Part shown: piece by piece, positions 40,301-54,860 of the stretch
Position numbering within the stretch: position 1 is the stretch's first letter
How the letters are laid out: every line of letters begins with the position of its first letter
Assembly: GCA_964016885.1 (NCBI GenBank)
Contig: OZ024764.1
Location: forward strand, 28,210,001 to 28,274,000
DNA length: 64,000 nucleotides
From: Eledone cirrhosa
Taxonomy: Eukaryota
Direction: 5' to 3'
Notes under the pieces: model-generated
What the model was told of the DNA's origin: nothing
The model's database searches: none
The model's input: only the letters and a program-made list of their open reading frames with translations
Translations under genes and position numbers: made by a program

Positions 40301-43300
40301 TTTTTGTGGGACAGCCCGTTGTCGCCTCCTTACAGCACTTCTAAATGCTGTTTTGTGCAGGTCATCGAAGAGCGTATACATTTTTGTGGGACAGCCCTTT
40401 GACGCCTCTATTCATCACTTCTAAATGCTGTTTTATGCAGGTCATCGAAGAGCGTATACATTTTTGTGGGACAGCCCGTTGTCGCCTTTATTCAGCACTT
40501 CTAAATGCTGTTTTGTGCAGGTCATCGAAGAGCGTATACATTTTTGTGGGACAGCCCGTTGTCGCCTTTATTCAGCACTTCTAAATGCTGTTTTGTGCAG
40601 GTCATCGAAGAGCGTATACATTTTTGTGGGACAGCCCGTTGTCGCCTCCCTACACCACTTCTAAGTGGTTTTGTGCAGGTCATAGAAGAGCGTATACATT
40701 TTTGTGGGACAGCCCGTTGTCGCCACTATTCAGCACTTCTAAATGCTGTTTTGTGCAGGTCATCGAAGAGCGTATACATTTTTATGGGACAGCCCGTTGT
40801 CGCCTCTATTCAGTACTCCTAAATGCTGTTTTATGCAGGTCATACAAGAGCGTATACATTTTTGTGGGACAGCTCGTTGTCGCCTCCTTTCAGCACTTCT
40901 AAATGCTGCTTGTGCAGGTCATAGAAGAGCGTATACATTTTTGTGGGACAGCCCGTTGTCGCCTCTATTCAGCACTTCTACATGCTGTTTTGGGCAGGTC
41001 ATCGAAGAGTGTATACATTTTTGTGGGACAGCCCGTTGTCGCCTCTATTCAACACTTCTAAATGCTGCTTTGTGCAGGTCATCGAAGAGCGTATACATTT
41101 TTGTGGGACAGCCCGTTGTCGCCTCTATTCAGCACTTCTAAATGCTGCTTTTTGCAGGTCATAGAAGAGCGTATACATTTTTGTGGGACAGCCCGTTGTC
41201 GCCTCTATTCAGCACTCCTAAATGCTGTTTTATGCAGGTCATACAAGAGCGTATACATTTTTATGGGACAGCCCGTTGTCGCCTTTATTCAGCACTTGCA
41301 AATGCTGTTTTGTGCATGTCATCGAAGAGCGTATACATTTTTGTGGGACAGCCCGTTGTCGCCTCTATTCAGCACTTCTAAATGCTGCTTTTTGCAGGTC
41401 ATAGAAGAGCGTATACATTTTTGTGGGACAGCCAGTTGTCGCCTCCTTACAGCACTTCTAAATGCTGTTTTGTGCAGGTCATCGAAGAGCGTATACATTT
41501 TTGTGGGACAGTCCGTTGTCGCCTCTATTCAGCACTCCTAAATGCTGTTTTATGCAGGTCATACAAGAGCGTATACATTTTTATGGGACAGCGCGTTGTC
41601 GCCTTTATTCAGCACTTGCAAATGCTGTTTTGTGCATGTCATCGAAGAGCGTATACATTTTTGTGGGACAGCCCGTTGTCGCCTCTATTCAGCACTTCTA
41701 AATGCTGCTTTTTGCAGGTCATAGAAGAGCGTATACATTTTTGTGGGACAGCCAGTTGTCGCCTCCTTACAGCACTTCTAAATGCTGTTTTGTGCAGGTC
41801 ATCGAAGAGCGTATACATTTTTGTGGGACAGTCCGTTGTCGCCTCTATTCAGCACTTCTACATGCTGTTTTGGGCAGGTCATCGAAGAGTGTATACATTT
41901 TTGTGGGACAGCCCGTTGTCGCCTCTATTCAGCACTTCTAAATGCTGCTTTTTGCAGGTCATAGAAGAGCGTATACATTTTTGTGGGACAGCCAGTTGTC
42001 GCCTCCTTACAGCACTTCTAAATGCTGTTTTGTGCAGGTCATCGAAGAGCGTATACATTTTTATGGGACAGCCCTTTGCCGCCTCTATTCAACACTTATA
42101 AATGCTGTTTGGGCAGGTCATAGAAGAGCGTATACATTTTTGTGGGACAGCCCGTTGTTGCCTCCCTACAGGACTTCTAAGTGCTGCTTTGTGCAGGTCA
42201 TAGAAGAGCGTATACATTTTTGTGGGACAGCCCGTTGTCGCCTCCTTACAGCACTTCTAAATGCTGTTTTGTGCAGGTCATCGAAGAGCGTATACATTTT
42301 TGTGGGACAGCCCTTTGACGCCTCTATTCATCACTTCTAAATGCTGTTTTATGCAGGTCATCGAAGAGCGTATACATTTTTGTGGGACAGCCCGTTGTCG
42401 CCTTTATTCAGCACTTGCAAATGCTGTTTTGTGCATGTCATCGAAGAGCGTATACATTTTTGTGGGACAGCCCGTTGTCGCCTCCCTACACCACTTCTAA
42501 GTGGTTTTGTGCAGGTCATAGAAGAGCGTATACATTTTTGTGGGACAGCCTGTTGTCGCCACTATTCAGCACTTCTAAATGCTGTTTTGTGCAGGTCATC
42601 GAAGAGCGTATACATTTTTATGGGACAGCCCGTTGTCGCCTCTATTCAGTACTCCTAAATGCTGTTTTATGCAGGTCATACAAGAGCGTATACAGTTTTG
42701 TGGGACAGCTCGTTGTCGCCTCCTTTCAGCACTTCTAAATGCTGCTTGTGCAGGTCATCGAAGAGCGTATACATTTTTATGGGACAGCCCGTTGTCGCCT
42801 CTATTCAGTACTCCTAAATGCTTATTTGTGCAGGTCATAGAAGAGCGTATACATTTTTGTGGGACAGCCCGTTGTCGCCTCTATTCAGCACTTCTACATG
42901 CTGTTTTGGGCAGGTCATCGAAGAGTGTATACATTTTTGTGGGACAGCCCGTTGTCGCCTCTATTCAGCACTTCTAAATGCTGCTTTGTGCAGGTCATCG
43001 AAGAGCGTATACATTTTTGTGGGACAGCCCGTTGTCGCCTCTATTCAGCACTTCTAAATGCTGCTTTTTGCAGGTCATAGAAGAGCGTATACATTTTTGT
43101 GGGACAGCCCGTTGTCGCCTCTATTCAGCACTTCTAAATGCTGCTTTTTGCAGGTCATAGAAGAGCGTATACATTTTTGTGGGACAGCCAGTTGTCGCCT
43201 CCTTACAACACTTCTAAATGCTGTTTTGGGCAGGTCATAGAAGAGCGTATACATTTTTGTGGGACAGCCCGTTGTCGCCACTATTCAGCACTTCTAAATG

Positions 43301-46300
43301 CTGTTTTGTGCAGGTCATCGAAGAGCGTATACATTTTTATGGGACAGCCCGTTGTTGCCACTATTCAGCACTTCTAAATGCTGTTTTGTGCAGGTCATCG
43401 AAGAGCGTATACATTTTTGTGGGACAGCCCGTTGTCGCCTCCCTACAGCACTTGTAAGTGCTGCTTTGTGCAGGTCATCGAAGAGCGTATACATTTTTAT
43501 GGGACAGCCTGTTGTCGCCTCTATTCAACACTTCTAAATGCTGTTTTATGCAGGTCATACAAGAGCGTATACATTTTTGTGGGACAGCTCATTGTCGCCT
43601 CCTTTCAGCACTTCTAAATGCTGCTTTGTGCAGGTCATCGAAGAGCGTATACATTTTTGTGGGACAGCCCGTTGTCGCCTCTATTCAGCACTTCTAAATG
43701 CTGCTTTTTGCAGGTCATAGAAGAGCGTATACATTTTTGTGGGACAGCCCGTTGTCGCCTCTATTCAGCACTTCAACATGCTGTTTTGTGCAGGTCATCG
43801 AAGAGTGTATACATTTTTGTGGGACAGCCCGTTGTCGCCTCCCTACAGCACTTCTAAGTGCTGCTTTGTGCAGGTCATAGAAGAGCGTATACATTTTTGT
43901 GGGACAGCCCGTTGTCGCCTCTATTCAGCACTCCTAAATGCTGTTTTATGCAGGTCATACAAGAGCGTATACATTTTTATGGGACAGCCCGTTGTCGCCT
44001 TTATTCAACACTTGCAAATGCTGTTTTGTGCATGTCATCGAAGAGCGTATACATTTTTGTGGGACAGCCCGTTGTCGCCTCTATTCAGCACTTCTAAATG
44101 CTGCTTTTTGCAGGTCATAGAAGAGCGTATACATTTTTGTGGGACAGCCAGTTGTCGCCTCCTTACAGCACTTCTAAATGCTGTTTTGTGCAGGTCATCG
44201 AAGAGCGTATACATTTTTGTGGGACAGTCCGTTGTCGCCTCTATTCAGCACTTCTACATGCTGTTTTGGGCAGGTCATCGAAGAGTGTATACATTTTTGT
44301 GGGACAGCCCGTTGTCGCCTCTATTCAGCACTTCTAAATGCTGTTTTGTGCAGGTCATCGAAGAGCGTATACATTTTTATGGGACAGCTCATTGTCGCCT
44401 CCTTTCAGCACTTCTAAATGCTGCTTTGTGCAGGTCATCGAAGAGCGTATACATTTTTGTGGGACAGCCCGTTGTCGCCTCTATTCAGCACTTCTAAATG
44501 CTGCTTTTTGCAGGTCATAGAAGAGCGTATACATTTTTGTGGGACAGCTCATTGTCGCCTCCTTTCAGCACTTCTAAATGCTGCTTTGTGCAGGTCATCG
44601 AAGAGCGTATACATTTTTGTGGGACAGCCCGTTGTCGCCTCTATTCAGCACTTCTAAATGCTGCTTTTTGCAGGTCATAGAAGAGCGTATACATTTTTGT
44701 GCGACAGCCCGTTGTCGCCTCCCTACAGCACTTCTAAGTGCTGCTTTGTGCAGGTCATAGAAGAGCGTATACATTTTTATGGAACAGCCCGTTGTCGCCA
44801 CTATTCAGCACTTCTAAATGCTGTTTTGTGCAGGTCATCGAAGAGCGTATACATTTTTATGGGACAGCCCGTTGTTGCCACTATTCAGCACTTCTAAATG
44901 CTGTTTTGTGCAGGTCATCGAAGAGTGTATACATTTTTGTGGGACAGCCCGTTGTCGCCTCCCTACAGCACTTCTAAGTGCTGCTTTGTGCAGGTCATCG
45001 AAGAGCGTATACATTTTTGTGGGACAGCCCGTTGTCGCTTCCCTACAGCACTTCTAAGTGCTGCTTTGTGCAGCTCATAGAAGAGCGTATACATTTTTGT
45101 GGGACAGCCCGTTGTTGCCTCTATTCAGCACTTCTAAATGCTGCTTTGTGCAGGTCGTAGAAGAGCATATACATTTTTGTGGGACAGCCCGTTGTTGCCT
45201 CTATTCAGCACTTCTAAATGCTGCTTTGTGCAGGTCGTAGAAGAGCATATACATTTTTGTGGGACAGCCCATTGTCGCCTCTATTCAGCACTGCTAAATG
45301 CTGTTTTGTGCAGGTCATAGAAGAGCGTATACATTTTTGTGGGACAGCCCGTTGTCGCCACTATTCAGCACTTCTAAATGCTGTTTTGTGCAGGTCATCG
45401 AAGAGCGTATACATTTTTATGGGACAGCCCGTTGTCGCCACTATTCAGCACTTCTAAATGCTGTTTTATGCAGGTCATACAAGAGCGTATGCATCTTTGT
45501 GGGACAGCTCGTTGTCGCCTCCTTTCAGCACTTCTAAATGCTGCTTTGTGCAGGTCATCGAAGAGCGTATACATTTTTGTGGGACAGCCCGTTGTCGCCT
45601 CTATTCAGCACTCCTAAATGCTGTTTTATGCAGGTCATACAAGAGCGTATACATTTTTATGGGACAGCCCGTTGTCGCCTTTATTCAGCACTTGCAAATG
45701 CTGTTTTGTGCATGTCATCGAAGAGCGTATACATTTTTATGGGACAGCCCGTTGTCGGCTCTATTCAGTACTCCTAAATGCTGTTTTATGCAGGTCATAC
45801 AAGAGCGTATACATTTTTGTGGGACAGCTCGTTGTCGCCTCCTTTCAGCACTTCTAAATGCTGCTTGTGCAGGTCATCGAAGAGCGTATACATTTTTATG
45901 GGACAGCCCGTTGTCGCCTCTATTCAGTACTCCTTAATGCTGTTTTATGCAGGTCATACAAGAGCGTATACATTTTTGTGGGACAGCCCGTTGTCGCCTC
46001 CCTACAGCACTTCTAAGTGCTGCTTTGTGCAGGTCATAGAAGAGCGTATACATTTTTGTGGGACAGCTCATTGTCGCCTCCTTTCAGCACTTCTAAGTGC
46101 TGCTTGGTGCAGGTCATAGAAGAGCGTATACATTTTTGTGGGACAGCCCGTTGTCGCCTCCTTACAGCACTTCTAAATGCTGTTTTGTGCAGATCATCGA
46201 AGAGCGTATACATTTTTGTGGGACAGCCCTTTGACGCCTCTATTCATCACTTCTAAATGCTGTTTTATGCAGGTCATCGAAGAGCGTATACATTTTTGTG

Positions 46301-47910
46301 GGACAGCCCGTTGTCGCCTTTATTCAGCACTTCTAAATGCTGTTTTGTGCAGGTCATCGAAGAGCGTATACATTTTTGTGGGACAGCCCGTTGTCGCCTC
46401 CCTACACCACTTCTAAGTGGTTTTGTGCAGGTCATAGAAGAGCGTATACATTTTTGTGGGACAGCCCGTTGTCGCCACTATTCAGCACTTCTAAATGCTG
46501 TTTTGTGCAGGTCATCGAAGAGCGTATACATTTTTATGGGACAGCCCGTTGTCGCCTCTATTCAGTACTCCTAAATGCTGTTTTATGCAGGTCATACAAG
46601 AGCGTATACATTTTTGTGGGACAGCTCGTTGTCGCCTCCTTTCAGCACTTCTAAATGCTGCTTGTGCAGGTCATCGAAGAGCGTATACATTTTTATGGGA
46701 CAGCCCGTTGTCGCCTCTATTCAGTACTCCTAAATGCTGCTTTGTGCAGGTCATAGAAGAGCGTATACATTTTTGTGGGACAGCCCGTTGTCGCCTCTAT
46801 TCAGCACTTCTACATGCTGTTTTGGGCAGGTCATCGAAGAGTGTATACATTTTTGTGGGACAGCCCGTTGTCGCCTCTATTCAACACTTCTAAATGCTGC
46901 TTTGTGCAGGTCATCGAAGAGCGTATACATTTTTGTGGGACAGCCCGTTGTCGCCTCTATTCAGCACTTCTAAATGCTGCTTTTTGCAGGTCATAGAAGA
47001 GCGTATACATTTTTGTGGGACAGCCCGTTGTCGCCTCTATTCAGCACTCCTAAATGCTGTTTTATGCAGGTCATACAAGAGCGTATACATTTTTATGGGA
47101 CAGCCCGTTGTCGCCTTTATTCAGCACTTGCAAATGCTGTTTTGTGCATGTCATCGAAGAGCGTATACATTTTTGTGGGACAGCCCGTTGTCGCCTCTAT
47201 TCAGCACTTCTAAATGCTGCTTTTTGCAGGTCATAGAAGAGCGTATACATTTTTGTGGTACAGCCAGTTGTCGCCTCCTTACAGCACTTCTAAATGCTGT
47301 TTTGTGCAGGTCATCGAAGAGCGTATACATTTTTGTGGGACAGTCCGTTGTCGCCTCTATTCAGCACTTCTACATGCTGTTTTGGGCAGGTCATCGAAGA
47401 GTGTATACATTTTTGTGGGACAGCCCGTTGTCGCCTCTATTCAGCACTTCTAAATGCTGTTTTGTGCAGGTCATCGAAGAGCGTATACATTTTTATGGGA
47501 CAGCTCATTGTCGCCTCCTTTCAGCACTTCTAAATGCTGCTTTGTGCAGGTCATCGAAGAGCGTATACATTTTTGTGGGACAGCCCGTTGTCGCCTCTAT
47601 TCAGCACTTCTAAATGCTGCTTTTTGCAGGTCATAGAAGAGCGTATACATTTTTGTGGGACAGCTCATTGTCGCCTCCTTTCAGCACTTCTAAATGCTGC
47701 TTTGTGCAGGTCATCGAAGAGCGTATACATTTTTGTGGGACAGCCCGTTGTCGCCTCTATTCAGCACTTCTAAATGCTGCTTTTTGCAGGTCATAGAAGA
47801 GCGTATACATTTTTGTGGGACAGCCCGTTGTCGCCTCCCTACAGCACTTCTAAGTGCTGCTTTGTGCAGGTCATAGAAGAGCGTATACATTTTTATGGAA
47901 CAGCCCGTTG
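34400..47910. repeat. Duplication of a ~5.8-6 kb block: ~34400-40240 vs ~41900-47910 (offset 7509, 7589, then 7669, stepping by whole monomers)
   Basis: Private markers acaggacttc (~34659/42168), atacagtttt (~35181/42690), acttgtaag (~35861/43450) and tatgcatcttt (~37899/45488). ORF pairs 34433/41942, 36150/43739 and 39225/46894. Confidence 0.88.
38480..41535. repeat. Local duplication ~38480-39700 vs ~40240-41535 (offset 1757, then 1837)
   Basis: Marker gcttggtgc (~38513/40270). ORF pairs 38588/40345, 38748/40585 and 39225/41062. Confidence 0.8.
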
Positions 47911-49250
47911 TCGCCACTATTCAGCACTTCTAAATGCTGTTTTGTGCAGGTCATCGAAGAGCGTATACATTTTTATGGGACAGCTCGTTGTTGCCACTAT
48001 TCAGCACTTCTAAATGCTGTTTTGTGCAGGTCATCGAAGAGTGTATACATTTTTGTGGGACAGCCCGTTGTCGCCTCCCTACAGCACTTCTAAGTGCTGC
48101 TTTGTGCAGGTCATCGAAGAGCGTATACATTTTTATGGGACAGCCCGTTGTCGCCTCTATTCAGTACTCCTAAATGCTGCTTTGTGCAGGTCATAGAAGA
48201 GCGTATACATTTTTGTGGGACAGCCCGTTGTCGCCTCTATTCAGCACTTCTACATGCTGTTTTGGGCAGGTCATCGAAGAGTGTATACATTTTTGTGGGA
48301 CAGCCCGTTGTCGCCTCTATTCAACACTTCTAAATGCTGCTTTGTGCAGGTCATCGAAGAGCGTATACATTTTTGTGGGACAGCCCGTTGTCGCCTCTAT
48401 TCAGCACTTCTAAATGCTGCTTTTTGCAGGTCATAGAAGAGCGTATACATTTTTGTGGGACAGCCCGTTGTCGCCTCTATTCAGCACTCCTAAATGCTGT
48501 TTTATGCAGGTCATACAAGAGCGTATACATTTTTATGGGACAGCCCGTTGTCGCCTTTATTCAGCACTTGCAAATGCTGTTTTGTGCATGTCATCGAAGA
48601 GCGTATACATTTTTGTGGGACAGCCCGTTGTCGCCTCTATTCAGCACTTCTAAATGCTGCTTTTTGCAGGTCATAGAAGAGCGTATACATTTTTGTGGGA
48701 CAGCCAGTTGTCGCCTCCTTACAGCACTTCTAAATGCTGTTTTGTGCAGGTCATCGAAGAGCGTATACATTTTTGTGGGACAGTCCGTTGTCGCCTCTAT
48801 TCAGCACTTCTACATGCTGTTTTGGGCAGGTCATCGAAGAGTGTATACATTTTTGTGGGACAGCCCGTTGTCGCCTCTATTCAGCACTTCTAAATGCTGT
48901 TTTGTGCAGGTCATCGAAGAGCGTATACATTTTTATGGGACAGCTCATTGTCGCCTCCTTTCAGCACTTCTAAATGCTGCTTTGTGCAGGTCATCGAAGA
49001 GCGTATACATTTTTGTGGGACAGCCCGTTGTCGCCTCTATTCAGCACTTCTAAATGCTGCTTTTTGCAGGTCATAGAAGAGCGTATACATTTTTGTGGGA
49101 CAGCTCATTGTCGCCTCCTTTCAGCACTTCTAAATGCTGCTTTGTGCAGGTCATCGAAGAGCGTATACATTTTTGTGGGACAGCCCGTTGTCGCCTCTAT
49201 TCAGCACTTCTAAATGCTGCTTTTTGCAGGTCATAGAAGAGCGTATACAT
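46670..49250. repeat. Near-tandem duplication with 1440-bp offset (18 monomers)
   Basis: ORF pairs 46734/48174, 46894/48334 and 47614/49054 have identical translations. Confidence 0.8.
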
Positions 49251-52200
49251 TTTTATGGGACAGCCCGTTGTTGCCACTATTCAGCACTTCTAAATGCTGT
49301 TTTGTGCAGGTCATCGAAGAGTGTATACATTTTTGTGGGACAGCCCGTTGTCGCCTCCCTACAGCACTTCTAAGTGCTGCTTTGTGCAGCTCATAGAAGA
49401 GCGTATACATTTTTGTGGGACAGCCCGTTGTTGCCTCTATTCAGCACTTCTAAATGCTGCTTTGTGCAGGTCATAGAAGAGCGTATACATTTTTGTGGGA
49501 CAGCCCGTTGTCGCCACTATTCAGCACTTCTAAATGCTGTTTTGTGCAGGTCATCGAAGAGCGTATACATTTTTATGGGACAGCCCGTTGTCGCCACTAT
49601 TCAGCACTTCTAAATGCTGTTTTATGCAGGTCATACAAGAGCGTATACATTTTTGTGGGACAGCTCGTTGTCGCCTCCTTTCATCACTTCTAAATGCTGC
49701 TTTGTGCAGGTCATCGAAGAGCGTATACATTTTTGTGGGACAGCCCGTTGTCGCCTCTATTCAGCACTCCTAAATGCTGTTTTATGCAGGTCATACAAGA
49801 GCGTATACATTTTTATGGGACAGCCCGTTGTCGCCTTTATTCAGCACTTGCAAATGCTGTTTTGTGCATGTCATCGAAGAGCGTATACATTTTTATGGGA
49901 CAGCCCGTTGTCGGCTCTATTCAGTACTCCTAAATGCTGTTTTATGCAGGTCATACAAGAGCGTATACATTTTTGTGGGACAGCTCGTTGTCGCCTGCTT
50001 TCAGCACTTCTAAATGCTGCTTGTGCAGGTCATCGAAGAGCGTATACATTTTTATGGGACAGCCCGTTGTCGCCTCTATTCAGTACTCCTAAATGCTGTT
50101 TTATGCAGGTCATACAAGAGCGTATACATTTTTGTGGGACAGCCCGTTGTCGCCTCCCTACAGCACTTCTAAGTGCTGCTTTGTGCAGGTCATAGAAGAG
50201 CGTATACATTTTTGTGGGACAGCCCGTTGTCGCCTCCCTACACCACTTCTAAGTGCTGCTTTGTGCAGGTCATAGAAGAGCGTATACATTTTTGTGGGAC
50301 AGCCCGTTGTCGCCTCTATTCAGCACTTCTAAGTGCTGCTTTGTGCAGGTCATAGAAGAGCGTATACATTTTTGTGGGACAGCCCGTTGTCGCCACTATT
50401 CAGCACTTCTAAATGCTGTTTTGTGCAGGTCATCGAAGAGCGTATACATTTTTGTGGGACAGCCCTTTGACGCCTCTATTCATCACTTCTAAATGCTGTT
50501 TTATGCAGGTCATCGAAGAGCGTATACATTTTTGTGGGACAGCCCGTTGTCGCCTTTATTCAGCACTTGCAAATGCTGTTTTGTGCATGTCATCGAAGAG
50601 CGTATACATTTTTGTGGGACAGCCCGTTGTCGCCTCCCTACACCACTTCTAAGTGGTTTTGTGCAGGTCATAGAAGAGCGTATACATTTTTGTGGGACAG
50701 CCAGTTGTCGCCTCCTTACAGCACTTCTAAATGCTGTTTTGTGCAGGTCATCGAAGAGCGTATACATTTTTGTGGGACAGCCCTTTGCCGCCTCTATTCA
50801 ACACTTATAAATGCTGTTTGGGCAGGTCATAGAAGAGCGTATACATTTTTGTGGGACAGCCCGTTGTCGCCTCTATTCAGCACTTCTACATGCTGTTTTG
50901 GGCAGGTCATCGAAGAGTGTATACATTTTTGTGGGACAGCCCGTTGTCGCCTCTATTCAGCACTTCTAAATGCTGCTTTGTGCAGGTCATCGAAGAGCGT
51001 ATACATTTTTGTGGGACAGCCCGTTGTCGCCTCTATTCAGCACTCCTAAATGCTGTTTTATGCAGGTCATACAAGAGCGTATACATTTTTATGGGACAGC
51101 CCGTTGTCGCCTTTATTCAGCACTTGCAAATGCTGTTTTGTGCATGTCATCGAAGAGCGTATACATTTTTGTGGGACAGTCCGTTGTCGCCTCTATTCAG
51201 CACTTCTACATGCTGTTTTGGGCAGGTCATCGAAGAGTGTATACATTTTTGTGGGACAGCCCGTTGTCGCCTCTATTCAGCACTTCTAAATGCTGTTTTG
51301 TGCAGGTCATCGAAGAGCGTATACATTTTTATGGGACAGCTCATTGTCGCCTCCTTTCAGCACTTCTAAATGCTGCTTTGTGCAGGTCATCGAAGAGCGT
51401 ATACATTTTTGTGGGACAGCCCGTTGTCGCCTCTATTCAGCACTTCTAAATGCTGCTTTTTGCAGGTCATAGAAGAGCGTATACATTTTTGTGGGACAGC
51501 TCATTGTCGCCTCCTTTCAGCACTTCTAAATGCTGCTTTGTGCAGGTCATCGAAGAGCGTATACATTTTTGTGGGACAGCCCGTTGTCGCCTCTATTCAG
51601 CACTTCTAAATGCTGCTTTTTGCAGGTCATAGAAGAGCGTATACATTTTTGTGGGACAGCCCGTTGTCGCCTCCCTACAGCACTTCTAAGTGCTGCTTTG
51701 TGCAGGTCATAGAAGAGCGTATACATTTTTATGGAACAGCCCGTTGTCGCCACTATTCAGCACTTCTAAATGCTGTTTTGTGCAGGTCATCGAAGAGCGT
51801 ATACATTTTTATGGGACAGCTCGTTGTTGCCACTATTCAGCACTTCTAAATGCTGTTTTGTGCAGGTCATCGAAGAGTGTATACATTTTTGTGGGACAGC
51901 CCGTTGTCGCCTCCCTACAGCACTTCTAAGTGCTGCTTTGTGCAGGTCATCGAAAAGCGTATACATTTTTGTGGGACAGCCCGTTGTCGCTTCCCTACAG
52001 CACTTCTAAGTGCTGCTTTGTGCAGCTCATAGAAGAGCGTATACATTTTTGTGGGACAGCCCGTTGTTGCCTCTATTCAGCACTTCTAAATGCTGTTTTG
52101 TGCAGGTCATCGAAGAGCGTATACATTTTTGTGGGACAGCCCGTTGTCGCCTCCCTACACCACTTCTAAGTGGTTTTGTGCAGGTCATAGAAGAGCGTAT

Positions 52201-54860
52201 ACATTTTTGTGGGACAGCCCGTTGTCGCCACTATTCAGCACTTCTAAATGCTGTTTTGTGCAGGTCATCGAAGAGCGTATACATTTTTATGGGACAGCCC
52301 GTTGTCGCCTCTATTCAGTACTCCTAAATGCTGTTTTATGCAGGTCATACAAGAGCGTATACATTTTTGTGGGACAGCTCGTTGTCGCCTCCTTTCAGCA
52401 CTTCTAAATGCTGCTTGTGCAGGTCATCGAAGAGCGTATACATTTTTATGGGACAGCCCGTTGTCGCCTCTATTCAGTACTCCTAAATGCTGCTTTGTGC
52501 AGGTCATAGAAGAGCGTATACATTTTTGTGGGACAGCCCGTTGTCGCCTCTATTCAGCACTTCTACATGCTGTTTTGGGCAGGTCATCGAAGAGTGTATA
52601 CATTTTTGTGGGACAGCCCGTTGTCGCCTCTATTCAACACTTCTAAATGCTGCTTTGTGCAGGTCATCGAAGAGCGTATACATTTTTGTGGGACAGCCCG
52701 TTGTCGCCTCTATTCAGCACTTCTAAATGCTGCTTTTTGCAGGTCATAGAAGAGCGTATACATTTTTGTGGGACAGCCCGTTGTCGCCTCTATTCAGCAC
52801 TCCTAAATGCTGTTTTATGCAGGTCATACAAGAGCGTATACATTTTTATGGGACAGCCCGTTGTCGCCTTTATTCAGCACTTGCAAATGCTGTTTTGTGC
52901 ATGTCATCGAAGAGCGTATACATTTTTGTGGGACAGCCCGTTGTCGCCTCTATTCAGCACTTCTAAATGCTGCTTTTTGCAGGTCATAGAAGAGCGTATA
53001 CATTTTTGTGGGACAGCCAGTTGTCGCCTCCTTACAGCACTTCTAAATGCTGTTTTGTGCAGGTCATCGAAGAGCGTATACATTTTTGTGGGACAGTCCG
53101 TTGTCGCCTCTATTCAGCACTTCTACATGCTGTTTTGGGCAGGTCATCGAAGAGTGTATACATTTTTGTGGGACAGCCCGTTGTCGCCTCTATTCAGCAC
53201 TTCTAAATGCTGTTTTGTGCAGGTCATCGAAGAGCGTATACATTTTTATGGGACAGCTCATTGTCGCCTCCTTTCAGCACTTCTAAATGCTGCTTTGTGC
53301 AGGTCATCGAAGAGCGTATACATTTTTGTGGGACAGCCCGTTGTCGCCTCTATTCAGCACTTCTAAATGCTGCTTTTTGCAGGTCATAGAAGAGCGTATA
53401 CATTTTTGTGGGACAGCTCATTGTCGCCTCCTTTCAGCACTTCTAAATGCTGCTTTGTGCAGGTCATCGAAGAGCGTATACATTTTTGTGGGACAGCCCG
53501 TTGTCGCCTCTATTCAGCACTTCTAAATGCTGCTTTTTGCAGGTCATAGAAGAGCGTATACATTTTTATGGGACAGCCCGTTGTTGCCACTATTCAGCAC
53601 TTCTAAATGCTGTTTTGTGCAGGTCATCGAAGAGTGTATACATTTTTGTGGGACAGCCCGTTGTCGCCTCCCTACAGCACTTCTAAGTGCTGCTTTGTGC
53701 AGCTCATAGAAGAGCGTATACATTTTTGTGGGACAGCCCGTTGTTGCCTCTATTCAGCACTTCTAAATGCTGCTTTGTGCAGGTCATAGAAGAGCGTATA
53801 CATTTTTGTGGGACAGCCCGTTGTCGCCACTATTCAGCACTTCTAAATGCTGTTTTGTGCAGGTCATCGAAGAGCGTATACATTTTTATGGGACAGCCCG
53901 TTGTCGCCACTATTCAGCACTTCTAAATGCTGTTTTATGCAGGTCATACAAGAGCGTATACATTTTTGTGGGACAGCTCGTTGTCGCCTCCTTTCATCAC
54001 TTCTAAATCATGCTTTGTGCAGGTCATCGAAGAGCGTATACATTTTTGTGGGACAGCCCGTTGTCGCCTCTATTCAGCACTCCTAAATGCTGTTTTATGC
54101 AGGTCATACAAGAGCGTATACATTTTTATGGGACAGCCCGTTGTCGCCTTTATTCAGCACTTGCAAATGCTGTTTTGTGCATGTCATCGAAGAGCGTATA
54201 CATTTTTATGGGACAGCCCGTTGTCGGCTCTATTCAGTACTCCTAAATGCTGTTTTATGCAGGTCATACAAGAGCGTATACATTTTTGTGGGACAGCTCG
54301 TTGTCGCCTGCTTTCAGCACTTCTAAATGCTGCTTGTGCAGGTCATCGAAGAGCGTATACATTTTTATGGGACAGCCCGTTGTCGCCTCTATTCAGTACT
54401 CCTAAATGCTGTTTTATGCAGGTCATACAAGAGCGTATACATTTTTGTGGGACAGCCCGTTGTCGCCTCCCTACAGCACTTCTAAGTGCTGCTTTGTGCA
54501 GGTCATAGAAGAGCGTATACATTTTTGTGGGACAGCCCGTTGTCGCCTCCCTACACCACTTCTAAGTGCTGCTTTGTGCAGGTCATAGAAGAGCGTATAC
54601 ATTTTTGTGGGACAGCCCGTTGTCGCCTCTATTCAGCACTTCTAAGTGCTGCTTTGTGCAGGTCATAGAAGAGCGTATACATTTTTGTGGGACAGCCCGT
54701 TGTCGCCACTATTCAGCACTTCTAAATGCTGTTTTGTGCAGGTCATCGAAGAGCGTATACATTTTTGTGGGACAGCCCTTTGACGCCTCTATTCATCACT
54801 TCTAAATGCTGTTTTATGCAGGTCATCGAAGAGCGTATACATTTTTGTGGGACAGCCCGT
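48100..54860. repeat. Block duplication with 4313-bp offset: ~48100-50550 vs ~52415-54860
   Basis: Private marker tcgcctgcttt (~49991/54304). ORF pairs 48174/52487, 49134/53447 and 50173/54486. Confidence 0.85.
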
